64,000 nucleotides of DNA from Longimicrobiales bacterium. GTDB taxonomy: Bacteria > Gemmatimonadota > Gemmatimonadetes > Longimicrobiales > RSA9. Shown here piece by piece: positions 1 to 10,250 of the stretch (the stretch's first letter is position 1; each line of letters begins with the position of its first letter). The stretch lies in the NCBI GenBank assembly GCA_036381195.1, contig DASVDH010000062.1:5622-69621 (forward strand), given 5' to 3'. The position numbers and the translations under genes are program-made. The notes beneath the pieces are model-generated. The model saw nothing but the letters and a program-made list of their open reading frames with translations, did no database searches and was not told where the DNA came from.

Positions 1-1226
1 TCGGCGACCGGCCCCTCGACCTCCGCCAGCACCTCGCCGATGTCGTCGCTGTAGCCGCGGCTGACGACCCGGCCCGCCGCGTCCCGCCGCGGCTCGCTGC
101 GCGCGTCGTAGCCGCGCCGCGTGCCGATGAAGGTCGTGCGGTAGCTCACGCCCTCCTCGGCCTCGATCTCGATCGTGATCCGGTCGCCCTCGCGGCGCAC
201 GTCGCGCAGCAGCACGCCCGACGTCGCGTAGAAGTCGCCGCGCTCCAGCGCCGCGATCAGCGCATCGGCGGTCAGCTCCGGCGCCCGTACCATGACCCAG
301 CCCCGCCCCGGGTTGGCGTTCTTCACATCTATCCCGTGGTAGTGATGCGCATCGTCCGTCGCGAGGCCGAACATGATCTCGCGCCCCTCCGCGAGCCGGT
401 GCGCCAGCAGGATGTCCCACATCCGCTCGGTGCTCGGGTGGACGTCGTCCCCGTCGTTGTGCACCAGCGGGTGGCCGTTGTAGACCTCGAAGAAGCGCTC
501 GCCCTCCAGCGCCATGAGGTCCTCGACCGTGACCGCCCACACGAAGTTGGGGTGGTTCACGTGCGGGAACATCGGCTGATGGGTGCGCTCCCGCTGCGCG
601 AGCACCGCGTCGATGTTGTTCTGGAGCACCTCGCGCACGCTGTTGCCGCCTTGCGGCTCGATCGCCTCCGCGATGTTCGTCGCGTTGACGTGCAGCGGCT
701 TGTCCTCGAACCTGTCGCTGATCTCCTCGCTCTGGATCAGCAGGAACCGTCCCGGCTCCTCGAACAGCGGCCGGTACTCCGCCAGCGTCTTCAACCGAAC
801 GCGCAGCGTGTCCCCTCCGAGCCGCTCCGCCACGACCCAGTCGCGGCCGAAGCGCTCGAGGTAGCGGGCGTACGCGCGCGCGGCCTTCCCGCCCGGCGGC
901 ACGGTCACCCAGCGCTCGCCCTCGGGCAGCACGTTGTGGTCCGAGATCGCGAGGAAGTGGTAGCCGGCGTTGCGGTACCAGTCCACGATCATCTCGGGGT
1001 AGTCGTCCCCATCGCTCCAGAACGAGTGCGTGTGCAGGTTCCCCTTCCACCAGCGCCCCTGCGGCGCAGGCGCGGCCGCGTCCGCACGCGGGCCCGCATC
1101 CGCGTTCGCACCCGGGTCCGCGTCCGCACCGGCGGCGCAGCTCGCCAGGACGACGAGGAGCCACAGGGGAGCGCTCAGCTCGCCGCGCCTCGCTCCGCTG
1201 CGTTTCCGCCCGTGTGTGCCCCGCAT
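1..1226 (-). CDS. PHP-domain (histidinol-phosphatase-like/CehA-McbA family) metallohydrolase, probable lipoprotein; 3' end runs off the window
   Basis: Not in the ORF track because it is open at the window edge. Manual translation from ATG at 1226 gives a signal/lipobox-like LWLLVVLASC, then WWKGNLHTHSFWSDGDDYPEMIVDWY...FLAISDHN, NHPNF and ATDDAHHY, which are PHP metal-binding motifs. Confidence 0.85.
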   Translation of the reverse strand, partial: MRGTHGRKRSGARRGELSAPLWLLVVLASCAAGADADPGANADAGPRADAAAPAPQGRWWKGNLHTHSFWSDGDDYPEMIVDWYRNAGYHFLAISDHNVLPEGERWVTVPPGGKAARAYARYLERFGRDWVVAERLGGDTLRVRLKTLAEYRPLFEEPGRFLLIQSEEISDRFEDKPLHVNATNIAEAIEPQGGNSVREVLQNNIDAVLAQRERTHQPMFPHVNHPNFVWAVTVEDLMALEGERFFEVYNGHPLVHNDGDDVHPSTERMWDILLAHRLAEGREIMFGLATDDAHHYHGIDVKNANPGRGWVMVRAPELTADALIAALERGDFYATSGVLLRDVRREGDRITIEIEAEEGVSYRTTFIGTRRGYDARSEPRRDAAGRVVSRGYSDDIGEVLAEVEGPVA

Positions 1227-1303
1227 GGTCGAACCCTCCCTCCAGGGATCGCGCCCGGCCTCCTGCCTCACGGCACGCTGCGGTGTGGGTGAGCCCTCCG
1301 CGC

Positions 1304-2932
1304 TCACCGCACCGCGTTCGAGAAGTACAGCCACACCAGCCCCACCACGGCCACCAGCGCGGCGCTGAGCACCACGTCCTGCACGCGCCAGCGCCGTACG
1401 CCCGCCTCGTCGACCGGACGCGCCGGAGTCTGGTAGGTCAGGCCCGCGATCTGCTGGCGCGCCGGCGGCGACGCGGTGAAGCTGACGAGAACGAGGATCG
1501 CCGCACACACCACGAACAGGATCGCCGCGAAGTGCAGGAAGTTGATCTCCGCGTAGCCGCGCAGCCAGCCGCTCAGCGCCTCCCGGTTCAGCTCGGCGAC
1601 CAGCCGGCCCATGCCCAGCACGAACCCGGCGAGCAACGCGGCCAGCGCGCCGCGCGCGTTCACCCGGTCCCAGAACACGCCCACCAGGAACACCGCCGCG
1701 ATCGGCGGCGCGATGTACGCCTGCACGCTCTGGATGTACTGGTAGAGCTGCCCGGACACGCGCTCCATCAACGGGATCCACAGCAGCCCGAGCGCGACCA
1801 GCACCGCGGTCGTGACCTGCCCCACCACCACCAGGCGCCGGTCGGACGCCTTCGGATTCAACTTCTTGTAGACGTCCCAGGTGATCAGCGTGGACGCCGA
1901 GTTGAACACGGAGGAGAGCGAGCTCATCAGCGCCGCGAGCAGGCCCGCGACCACCAGGCCGCGCAGCCCCACGGGCAGCAGCGCGCCCACGAGCGCCGGC
2001 AGCGCCTCGTCCGGGCGGCCCAGCGCGAGCCGCCCCTGCTGCGCCAGCGCGTACGCGATCAGCCCCGGAACCACGAAGATGAACACCGGCAGGACCTTCA
2101 GGTACCCGGCGAAGATGGCGCCCCGGCGCGCGTGCCCTTGCCCGTGCGCCGCCAGCACGCGCTGCACGATGAACTGGTCCGTGCACCAGTACCAGATCCC
2201 CAGGATCGGCGCGCCCAGCAGGATCCCCGTCCACGGGAACGCGGGGTCCGTCCTCGGCTTCCACATGTTCAGGAACTCCGGGCCGACCGCCTCCGTCAGC
2301 GCACCCCAGCCGCCCAGCGCGGACAGCCCGACCAGCGTCACCGCGACGGAGCCTCCGATCAGCACGAACATCTGGAACAGGTCCGTGTAGAGCACCGCGC
2401 GCAGGCCGCCGAAGATCGTGTACAGGCCGGTGATCACCACCACGACCAGCGCGCCGGTCCAGAAGTCCACGCCCATCAACGCCTCGAACACGATCCCGCC
2501 CGCCGCGATCGTGACCGAGATCTTCGTGAGCACGTACCCGATGATGGAGACCACGGCGAGGTACCAGCGCGCGCCCGCCGAGTAGCGCCGCTCCAGGAAC
2601 TCCGGCATCGTGTACACGCCGCTGGCCAGGTAGAACGGCACAAATACCCAGCCCAGCAGCAGCAGGATCAGGGAGGCGAGGATCTCGAACTGGCCGACCG
2701 CCACGCCGCTCGCCGCCCCAGTCCCCGCGAGCCCCACGAGGTGCTCCGACCCGATGTTCGACGCGAACAGCGACCCGCCCACCACGAACCAGCCCGCGTC
2801 CCGGCCCGCCAGGAAGTAGCCGGCCGAGCTCTCGCGCGTCTTCTCGCGCCAGGTCGACCAGATGGCGACGCCGAACACGAGCAGGAAGTAGGCAATGACG
2901 ACGATCCAGTCCAAGGCGGCGAGGTGGTTCAC
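1304..2932 (-). CDS. Sodium:solute symporter (SSS, SGLT-like sugar transporter)
   Basis: Motifs YFLAGR, SLFASNIGSEH, TMPEFLERRY, WYWCTDQFIVQR and many TM helices. GTG start at 2932 is preceded by AGGAGG. Confidence 0.95.
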   Translation of the reverse strand: MNHLAALDWIVVIAYFLLVFGVAIWSTWREKTRESSAGYFLAGRDAGWFVVGGSLFASNIGSEHLVGLAGTGAASGVAVGQFEILASLILLLLGWVFVPFYLASGVYTMPEFLERRYSAGARWYLAVVSIIGYVLTKISVTIAAGGIVFEALMGVDFWTGALVVVVITGLYTIFGGLRAVLYTDLFQMFVLIGGSVAVTLVGLSALGGWGALTEAVGPEFLNMWKPRTDPAFPWTGILLGAPILGIWYWCTDQFIVQRVLAAHGQGHARRGAIFAGYLKVLPVFIFVVPGLIAYALAQQGRLALGRPDEALPALVGALLPVGLRGLVVAGLLAALMSSLSSVFNSASTLITWDVYKKLNPKASDRRLVVVGQVTTAVLVALGLLWIPLMERVSGQLYQYIQSVQAYIAPPIAAVFLVGVFWDRVNARGALAALLAGFVLGMGRLVAELNREALSGWLRGYAEINFLHFAAILFVVCAAILVLVSFTASPPARQQIAGLTYQTPARPVDEAGVRRWRVQDVVLSAALVAVVGLVWLYFSNAVR

Positions 2933-3109
2933 GGCCGTCCTCCTGGGCACGTGGGGACGATCACGGCTCCCGGCGCGCGGGCCGGCGAAACGGCGCGCGC
3001 AAGGCCGGGGCGATTCCAGGGCGCGGATGAGGGCCGGCCCATGCCCGCGGGCGCGGACGGCGCCGGCCCGGGCGCGGCGGCTCTACGGTGGAGGGGGCGG
3101 CGCCCCCGG

Positions 3110-4060
3110 TCAACCCGGCGCGTCCTTCGCCAGCCGGAAGCCGACGTGGAACAGCGCCGTCTCCGGCGTCGAATGGCTGCGCGCGGAGACGCGGTACCCG
3201 CGGCAGAACGTCGGGCTACAGAGGAAGGAGCCGCCCCGCTGCACCTTCTCGCCGGCCGCCGTCTCCCGGAACGGCCGGCCTCGCTCCGCGTAGGGGCGGA
3301 ACCAGTCCGCCGTCCACTCCCACACGTTGCCGCCCATGTCCGCGAGCCCGAGCTCGGTCGTGCCGAAGGCGCCCACTGGCGACGTGTAGAGATAGCCATC
3401 CTCCAGGGTGTTGCCGTCCGGGAACGCCCCCTGCCACGTGTTCGCGTGATGCCTGCCGCCCTCCCGCAGCGACGAGCCCCACGGGTAGGGGCCGGGCGCG
3501 TTCCGCGCGCCGCGCGCCGCGTGCTCCCACTCGATCTCCGTGGGCAGCCGCTTGCCCACCCAGCGCGCGTACGCGACGGCATCGTTCCACGAGACCTGCG
3601 TGACCGGATGGTCGTCCGGTGCCTCGGGGCCGTCCGGGCCCAGCGGCCGGCGCCAGGTCGCGCCGCGCACCAGTCGCCATTCGCCCGTCCGCACATCGTA
3701 GACGCCCGCATCCCCCAGCCGCTCCGCATCCGTCACGTAGCCGGTCGCCTCGACGAACGCGCGGAACTGCGCCACCGTCACCGGGTGCACGTCCAGGAAG
3801 AACGGCTCGACCCACGTCTCGAACACGGGTCGCTCTTCGGGCGGGCCGTCCTCCGAGCCGATCCGCGCGATGCCGCCCGGCACGTAGACCATGCCCTCGG
3901 GAACCACGACGCCCGGCGGCGGACCCCTGCGCGCCGCGCCCGGATCGCCTGCCGCGCCCGCATCGCCGGCGCGCGTCGGCCACGCACGGAGCGCGAGGCC
4001 CGCCGCCGCCGCGCCCACCAGCGCGCCCAGGCCGAGCGCGGCCACCCGCCGCCCGCGCAT
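3110..4060 (-). CDS. Formylglycine-generating enzyme (SUMF1/FGE), with N-terminal hydrophobic segment
   Basis: Motifs HPVTQVSWNDA, RLPTEIEWE, GNVWEW and RGGSFLCSPTFCRGYRVSAR (catalytic CxxxxC intact). ATG overlaps the sulfatase stop (TGATG). Confidence 0.93.
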   Translation of the reverse strand: MRGRRVAALGLGALVGAAAAGLALRAWPTRAGDAGAAGDPGAARRGPPPGVVVPEGMVYVPGGIARIGSEDGPPEERPVFETWVEPFFLDVHPVTVAQFRAFVEATGYVTDAERLGDAGVYDVRTGEWRLVRGATWRRPLGPDGPEAPDDHPVTQVSWNDAVAYARWVGKRLPTEIEWEHAARGARNAPGPYPWGSSLREGGRHHANTWQGAFPDGNTLEDGYLYTSPVGAFGTTELGLADMGGNVWEWTADWFRPYAERGRPFRETAAGEKVQRGGSFLCSPTFCRGYRVSARSHSTPETALFHVGFRLAKDAPG

Positions 4061-5571
4061 CACGGCCGCTTCCGCTCCGCCGCCTGCCAGTTGCCCCGCC
4101 GCACCGGCACGCGCATGCCGTCCGTCGCCTCCAGAAGGTCCCACAGCCGATCGCGCATCGCCTCGACGCGGGAACGATACGCCGGCACGTGGATCAGGTT
4201 GATGCGCTCCTCCGGATCCGTCTCGAGATCGTAGAGCTCACTGAGATCCCAGATCCCGTGGTAGAAGATGTACTTGTAGCGTCCATCCCGCAGCGCGAAA
4301 GTCGTCGGCGTGTGCGGGAACGCGTACTCCCAGTAGTACTCGTACAGCAGCTCGCTGTCCCACTCGCCCGCCCGGCCCGTCAGCACCGGCAGGATCGAGC
4401 GGCCGTCCACCACGCCGCGCGGCCGCACCCCCGCCAGCTCGAGCACGGTCGGCGCGATGTCGATGTTTCGGACGAGCTCCTCGGGCGCGGAGCCCGGTGC
4501 GATGAAGCCCGGCGCCCATGCCAGCATCGGGATGCGGATGGATTCCTCGTACGCGTGCCGCTTGTCGATCAGCCCGTGCTCGCCGAGGGAGAAGCCGTTG
4601 TCGCTCATGTAGAGCACCAGCGTGCTCGAGGCCAGGCCGGACTGCCGCAGGAACTCCAGCACGCGGCCGATGCTCTCGTCCAGCGCCAGCAGCGTCTCCG
4701 CGTAGCGGCGGTAGAACGTGTCGAAGTCCAGGGCCCCGTGGTACGCGTAGTCCACGCCGTGCCAGCCGAAGCGCTGGTCGTAGACCCAGCGCGGCTTCCC
4801 CCGATAATTGGATTCGGTGTTCGCCATCGTCGCCGGATAGGGGATCGGCGCGTCCCGGTACCGGCCCGCGTGCCGCTCCGCCGGCACGAACTCCGCGTGC
4901 ACCGCCTTGTGTGAGAGGATCAGCAGGAACGGCTGCTGCCGCCCGTTCGTGGCTTGCCGGCCCAGCCACTCGAGCGCGAAGTCCGTGAGGATGTCCGTCG
5001 TGTAGCCCTTCACCTGCCGGCGCTCGCCGTTCACGTTCAGCACCGGATCCACGTAGACGCCCTGGCCGCGAAAGCTGACCCAGTAGTCGAAGCCCGGCCG
5101 CGGGTCGTCCGCTTCCTCGCCCATGTGCCACTTGCCGATGAACGCCGTGCGCCACCCCGCCCGCTGCAGCAGCTCCGGGAAGAACGTGGTGCCCGGCGGG
5201 ATGGGCGACGTGTTGTCCACCACGCCGTGCCGGTGCGCGTACTGCCCCGTCAGGATGGATGCGCGGCTGGGCGAGCACAGCGACGTCGTGACGAACGCGT
5301 TGCGCACATGCGCGCCCTCCGCGGCCATGCGGTCCAGCTCGGGCGTCTCGAGCCACTCCGGCGCGCCGGGCATGAAGCCCATGAAGTCGTAGCGGTGGTC
5401 GTCGCTCAGGATGAGGATGACGTTGCGCGGCCGCTGCGCCACCGCCGGGCGGGGCAGCATCGCGGGCAACGCGAGCACCAGGGCGGCCGCGAGCATCGCG
5501 CGCCAGCCGCGCAGGGCCGCGGCGAGGGCGGACGTGCGCCGGCCAGCCGACATCGGTCCTGCTGCACTCAC
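4060..5571 (-). CDS. Type I (Cys-type, S1) sulfatase, GlcNAc-6-sulfatase-like, secreted
   Basis: Motifs NVILILSDDHR, CSPSRASILTG, GKWH, SDNG and GEHGLIDKR, with a signal peptide ending AVAQ. The start is uncertain (GTG 5571 overlapping the upstream stop, or ATG 5553). Confidence 0.92.
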   Translation of the reverse strand: MSAAGPMSAGRRTSALAAALRGWRAMLAAALVLALPAMLPRPAVAQRPRNVILILSDDHRYDFMGFMPGAPEWLETPELDRMAAEGAHVRNAFVTTSLCSPSRASILTGQYAHRHGVVDNTSPIPPGTTFFPELLQRAGWRTAFIGKWHMGEEADDPRPGFDYWVSFRGQGVYVDPVLNVNGERRQVKGYTTDILTDFALEWLGRQATNGRQQPFLLILSHKAVHAEFVPAERHAGRYRDAPIPYPATMANTESNYRGKPRWVYDQRFGWHGVDYAYHGALDFDTFYRRYAETLLALDESIGRVLEFLRQSGLASSTLVLYMSDNGFSLGEHGLIDKRHAYEESIRIPMLAWAPGFIAPGSAPEELVRNIDIAPTVLELAGVRPRGVVDGRSILPVLTGRAGEWDSELLYEYYWEYAFPHTPTTFALRDGRYKYIFYHGIWDLSELYDLETDPEERINLIHVPAYRSRVEAMRDRLWDLLEATDGMRVPVRRGNWQAAERKRP

Positions 5572-6980
5572 CCGCACCTCCCCTCCAGCCAGCCGCCCGT
5601 GAACCCGGCGCGGCACAGCCCACGCACGACGTACGGGCTCCGTTTCATCAGCTCCCACACGAAGCCGTTGCGGTAGTTCTCGATCATCAGCACGATCGGC
5701 CCTTGGTCAATGCCGAGGTAGTCCGTGTTGAACCAGCCGACGCCCGGCACGCGCGTCCCACGCTCCGGCGTGAGCTCGACATGGCCCAGCGTCGGGTTGA
5801 ACGAGTCCAGGAAGCCGTAGCGCTGGTAGAGGTGCTCGCCGTAGCGGTCACGCATCGCACGCAGCACCGGGGTCGTGACCTCCGGCGCGAACGGGATCGA
5901 GCCGGCTACCGCCGTGGGGGCCAGCGTGCCGTCATCGCGGATGTCGCCGGCCGCCGCGCCCCGCGCCCAGTACCTGCGGAACCTGCGCTCCTCGCCGTTC
6001 ACCTCGAGCGTCGCGCTCAGCGGGCCGTCGCTCGCCGTCAGCCCCCAGCCGTCCTCGCCGTAGCCCTTCCAGCCCATGGGGTTGTCGATCGCGTACGCGC
6101 GCTGCGCCAGCGTCGCGCGCCGCGAGTTCTCGAAGTAGTCGATTCCCCGCTCCCGCATGTACGCGTCCTGGATCCCGCGGAAGTCGATCCACACGTGCGA
6201 GTACTGGTGCCCGAACAGCGGCGCGAAGTTGACGTGCTCCTGGCCGTAGAAGTCCGCCCACCTGTATGTGCTCGTGAACGCCTGCCACGCAGACTCGTCG
6301 ATCGGGTGCGTGGGTGAGCCCAGCGCCAGCAGGTACAGCAGCATCGCCTCGTTGTAACCCCGGTAATCGTGCGGGCTCAGTCCCCGCTCCGGCCGCCACG
6401 CCATCGCGATCAGCGGCGCGCGCGGCTGCATCCACGTCCACTCGACGCGGCGGTACAGCGAATCCGCGAGCGCGCGGATCTCCACCTCCTCCGGCTCCGT
6501 CCCGTCGAAGTACACTTGAGCGCACAGCACGCCGAGCATGAGCAGCGCTGTGTCGATCGAGGATAGCTCCGACGTCTTGTGACGGAGCCCCGTCTCCATG
6601 TCCAGGAAATGGTAGAAGAATCCGTGGTAGCCCGCAGCACCCTCGGGCTGTGGCCCCTGCGGCGCTCTCCAGAGGAAGCGCAGCGTGGCCAGCGTCCGTT
6701 CGCGCGCCTGCTCGCGGCTGACGTAGCCCCGCTCCACGCCGACCGTGTAGGCCGTGAGCCCGAAGCCGACCGCCGCGATGCTCGAAAACGACGGCGTCGG
6801 CCAGCGGTCCGGCACCAGCCCGTTCGCGGCGTTCGCCGTCTCCCAGAAGAAGTCGAACGTGCGCCGCTGGAGGTCCTCGAGGAACGGGTCCAGCGTGCGC
6901 TCGTCCGCTGAGGGTGACGGACCCGCCGAGCAGGCGAGGAGGGGGAGCAGGACGAGCGTGGCGAGCCGACTGCGTGGCAT
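5568..6980 (-). CDS. Glucoamylase-family (DUF3131/GH144-like) endo-beta-1,2-glucanase, lipoprotein
   Basis: Motifs FSSIAAVGFGL, ELSSIDTALL, GYNEAM, APLFGHQYSH, WGLTASD and YLGIDQGPI, with lipobox LLAC. ATG at 6980. Confidence 0.85.
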   Translation of the reverse strand: MPRSRLATLVLLPLLACSAGPSPSADERTLDPFLEDLQRRTFDFFWETANAANGLVPDRWPTPSFSSIAAVGFGLTAYTVGVERGYVSREQARERTLATLRFLWRAPQGPQPEGAAGYHGFFYHFLDMETGLRHKTSELSSIDTALLMLGVLCAQVYFDGTEPEEVEIRALADSLYRRVEWTWMQPRAPLIAMAWRPERGLSPHDYRGYNEAMLLYLLALGSPTHPIDESAWQAFTSTYRWADFYGQEHVNFAPLFGHQYSHVWIDFRGIQDAYMRERGIDYFENSRRATLAQRAYAIDNPMGWKGYGEDGWGLTASDGPLSATLEVNGEERRFRRYWARGAAAGDIRDDGTLAPTAVAGSIPFAPEVTTPVLRAMRDRYGEHLYQRYGFLDSFNPTLGHVELTPERGTRVPGVGWFNTDYLGIDQGPIVLMIENYRNGFVWELMKRSPYVVRGLCRAGFTGGWLEGRCG

Positions 6981-7050
6981 CAGGTGGTCCTCCGCGGGGA
7001 AACAGCGCCCCCGCCCCGGTGCGACTGGAGCGGGGGCGCAACGCGTCAAG

Positions 7051-10000
7051 TCAGAAGGAGTAGCGCATGCCGAACTGGAAGCGCCGGGGCGCGCCGAACT
7101 GACGCGGGTCGGTGATCACGCTCGTGGGCGTCCCGAGGTTCGGATTCCGCTGCACCACCACCTGCCCGTCCACGATCTGATACGTGCCGTAGCTGAGGTC
7201 GTACCCGTTGAAGTTCTCGAAATTGAAGACGTTGAACACCTCGGCGATCAATGCAACCTGCTGCCCCCGGAACGTCGGGAAGCGCTTCTCGAGGCGCAGG
7301 TCGACGTTGCGGAACGCCCAGGCATCCGGAATGATGAACGAGTGCTTCTCGGGCCGGAACCAGTTGCGGCCCTTGCCCTCCGGCCAGTCGTTCCCGCCCA
7401 TGCAGTCCTGGTTGCCGTGCGTGCAGTTGTTCGTGCCCGGCCCGAAGCCGATGGTCGCGTTGTACGGTGTACCTGAACCCAGGGTGATGAAGCCGCTGAA
7501 GCGAATATCGAACGGTAGCCCCACGATCCAGTTGGCCGTCACGCGATGCCGCTCATCCTCGTTAGACGGGTACCGCGCCAGGGTAGCGGGAACGAACTCG
7601 TTCAGCGTGCCGAACCGGTCATGCGGATTCGTGTTCTGCTCGGCCCGGCCGAGCGTGTAGGCGAACTGGAAGCCCCAGCGCGACTCCTCCGTGTAGCGCT
7701 TCTCCGCCTTCAGGTACAGGGCGTCGTACCAGTTGCGCCCCTCGTGCGTCGACACGAACAGGTTCGACCAGTGGTTGTCCGGGGCTGCCTCGCAGCAGCT
7801 CCCGTCCGGCCGCCGGTTGGCACGCATCATCGTCAGGAAGTTGTAGCCGCGCACGCCCGTGTAGTTGACGGTGAAGTTGTACTCGCCGAACGCCTGCCGC
7901 ACACCCAGGGTGAAATGATGTGTCTTCGGCGGCTTGATGTCGTTGGCGTACAGGTGCAGCTCACTAGCCGGCGGGTTGGCCGCCTCCGTCAGGATCGCCT
8001 CCAGGCCCTCGCGGCTCATGTACCGATCCTCCCACCGGATCGTCGGCGTACCGTTGGGCAGCGGCTCGCCATCCGCCGAGAACCGGTAGGTGTACGTGTC
8101 GTACCGGCCGCGCTGGATCTCGCTGATGAAGTTGCCGACCCGGTTCCGGTCGTAGTACACGCCGAATCCGCCGAATAGCACCGTCTGCTGATCGCCGCGG
8201 ACGTCGTACGAGAAGCCGAAGCGCGGCTGGATCGCGCCCGTGAACGGCTTGCGCTGCGTCCCGTCCGTGGTGTAGCGATCGAGGTCGCAAATCAGTTGCC
8301 GGGCCAGCACCTTCGGATCGCTGCTCTGGGTGCCGCAGGGAAGGGTCGCGACGTACGCCTCGAGCGCCGCCCGCGTCTCCGGCGGCGTCACGTGCTCGTT
8401 GTTCGACTCGTTGGTCTCGTAATCCCACCGCACGCCGAGGTTGAGCGTGAGTCGCGGCGACACGGCCCAATCGTCCTGCACGTAGATACCGATCTGCCGG
8501 TTGTCGATCACGACGCCGGGCGTGCCAAAGCCTGCCCGCGCCTCGACGGGGAACGCGTAGTCGTTCCTCGAGTCGAAGATGAACTGCGGCCTGATGTAAT
8601 TGGTCTGGTTGATGTCGTAGCTGACGAAGTCGACGTTCGCGCCAACCTTGAACACGTGGTCACCGAGCCACCCCGGCAGCGTGTAGCTCAGGTCGTTCCG
8701 GAAACTCAGACGCCTCTGCTCCCAGTCCTGCGAACAGCAGCGCGCGCCGTCCGAGAGGACGTGCTGCCCGTTCACCTGCCAGATGATGTTGAAGGGCTCG
8801 TCCGTGTCCTGTACGGGATTCCATTTGTAGGTCTGATAGCTGACGCCGAACTCGTTGAGCCAGGAGCCCTTCGCGAACTGGTATTTCCCGGCGAAGGTGT
8901 TGATGTCGTTGACGAACCGGGTGGCCGCGGAGCGCGCGTTCGCACCGCCGAAGTCCCGCAGGTCGTACTCATCGCGGATGTTGGCGCTCACCTCGAACCG
9001 ATGGGGCGAGCCGATCGAAGGCACGTAGGTCAGCTTGCCGAAGTACAGGTTCGAGCGCACCGGGCCGTTGAAGTTCCCCTCCTCCTGACGGAGCTGGTCG
9101 AACAGGTCGGGACGCACCTCCTGGAGCGCCTGCCGGTTGTTGAGCGTGACCGTTACGCCGCGGTTGACGTGGTTCCCTTCGTACGTGCCGAAGAAGAACA
9201 GCCGGTCCCGGATGAGGGGTCCGCCGAGGCTGAACCCGCCCTGCAGCTTGTCACGCTTCGGGCGCTCCGGGCAAACGTAGTTCGGATCCGCCGCCTTGTT
9301 GTCGTTGCAGCGCTTTATCGTGAAGAAGTCCTCCGCGACCAGACTGTTGTTCTGCCCGAAGAGGAAGAACTCGCCGTGCCACTCGTTCGTCCCCGACTTG
9401 GTCGTCGCCGAAATGATCGCACTGGTCGCCTTGTGGTACTCGGCCTTGTACTGCTGCGTGATGACGCGGAACTCCTGGATGGCCGCCTGCGGGAACGGAT
9501 TCCCCTGACTCGCGTCCTGTCCGACCACGCCCCCGACGAGCATGTCGTTCTTGAAGCTGATGCCGTCCAGGAAGACGTTCATATTGTTCGGGCTCTGCGC
9601 GCCGCTGGTGATGCTGCCGCCCTGCGAGCGAACGCCGGGAGCCAGGAGCGCCAGCGAGAGGAAGTTGCGATCGTTGATCGGAATGTTCTGGATCTGCTCC
9701 AGCGTGATGTTCGTCGCCACCTCCGGCGTCGTGGTCTCCACGCCGCGCTCGGCCTGCACGGCGATCGCCTCGAGCGCGATCGCCTGCTCGGCGAGGCCGA
9801 ACTCGACGTTGAGCGTCTGGCCGATCAGCAGCCGCACCGGCCGCTCCTGCTCCCCGTAGCCGAGCGACGAGACCCGCACCAGGTAGCGGCCCGGCGGCAG
9901 GCCGGGCAGGTTGTAGAAGCCCGTCGAGGTGGTGATCGCCGTCCGCTGGAAGTTCGTCTCGACCTGCGTCGCCACCACATTGGCGCCGACCACCGCCGCC

Positions 10001-10137
10001 CCCTGCTGGTCCCGCACGAAGCCGCGGATCGTCCCCGTGCTCGTCTGCGCCCCCGCATCGGTCCAGGCCCCCGCCCCGAGCAAGCCGGCCAGCGCCACCG
10101 TGCTGCCGATCCGCCGGAACATCGAGTGCGTGCTCAT
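7051..10137 (-). CDS. TonB-dependent receptor (Oar-like, carboxypeptidase-regulatory N-domain)
   Basis: Signal peptide, GTIRGFVRD N-domain, NPFPQAAIQEFRVIT plug, YVQDDW..LTLNLGVRWDY, and C-terminal FQFGMRYSF. RBS CAGGAGG before ATG 10137. Confidence 0.93.
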   Translation of the reverse strand: MSTHSMFRRIGSTVALAGLLGAGAWTDAGAQTSTGTIRGFVRDQQGAAVVGANVVATQVETNFQRTAITTSTGFYNLPGLPPGRYLVRVSSLGYGEQERPVRLLIGQTLNVEFGLAEQAIALEAIAVQAERGVETTTPEVATNITLEQIQNIPINDRNFLSLALLAPGVRSQGGSITSGAQSPNNMNVFLDGISFKNDMLVGGVVGQDASQGNPFPQAAIQEFRVITQQYKAEYHKATSAIISATTKSGTNEWHGEFFLFGQNNSLVAEDFFTIKRCNDNKAADPNYVCPERPKRDKLQGGFSLGGPLIRDRLFFFGTYEGNHVNRGVTVTLNNRQALQEVRPDLFDQLRQEEGNFNGPVRSNLYFGKLTYVPSIGSPHRFEVSANIRDEYDLRDFGGANARSAATRFVNDINTFAGKYQFAKGSWLNEFGVSYQTYKWNPVQDTDEPFNIIWQVNGQHVLSDGARCCSQDWEQRRLSFRNDLSYTLPGWLGDHVFKVGANVDFVSYDINQTNYIRPQFIFDSRNDYAFPVEARAGFGTPGVVIDNRQIGIYVQDDWAVSPRLTLNLGVRWDYETNESNNEHVTPPETRAALEAYVATLPCGTQSSDPKVLARQLICDLDRYTTDGTQRKPFTGAIQPRFGFSYDVRGDQQTVLFGGFGVYYDRNRVGNFISEIQRGRYDTYTYRFSADGEPLPNGTPTIRWEDRYMSREGLEAILTEAANPPASELHLYANDIKPPKTHHFTLGVRQAFGEYNFTVNYTGVRGYNFLTMMRANRRPDGSCCEAAPDNHWSNLFVSTHEGRNWYDALYLKAEKRYTEESRWGFQFAYTLGRAEQNTNPHDRFGTLNEFVPATLARYPSNEDERHRVTANWIVGLPFDIRFSGFITLGSGTPYNATIGFGPGTNNCTHGNQDCMGGNDWPEGKGRNWFRPEKHSFIIPDAWAFRNVDLRLEKRFPTFRGQQVALIAEVFNVFNFENFNGYDLSYGTYQIVDGQVVVQRNPNLGTPTSVITDPRQFGAPRRFQFGMRYSF

Positions 10138-10250
10138 GCCTGCTACCTCCTGATGGGTATGGGTGAGGCGTGTCTCATCGATCCTCGTTCCGCGGCGCAC
10201 GGAGGCCGCCCCCCGCCCTCGCCCTCGCCCACCCTCCAGCACCGAAAACC

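Noticed and set aside
1214..4234. Very long alternative-frame ORFs (also 19982-23221, 38138-42643, 43074-45788, 49991-53596, 56578-59346)
   Set aside because: They are Arg/Ala/Pro-rich antisense or shifted shadows of well-supported genes, which is expected at this GC content, and they carry no motifs.
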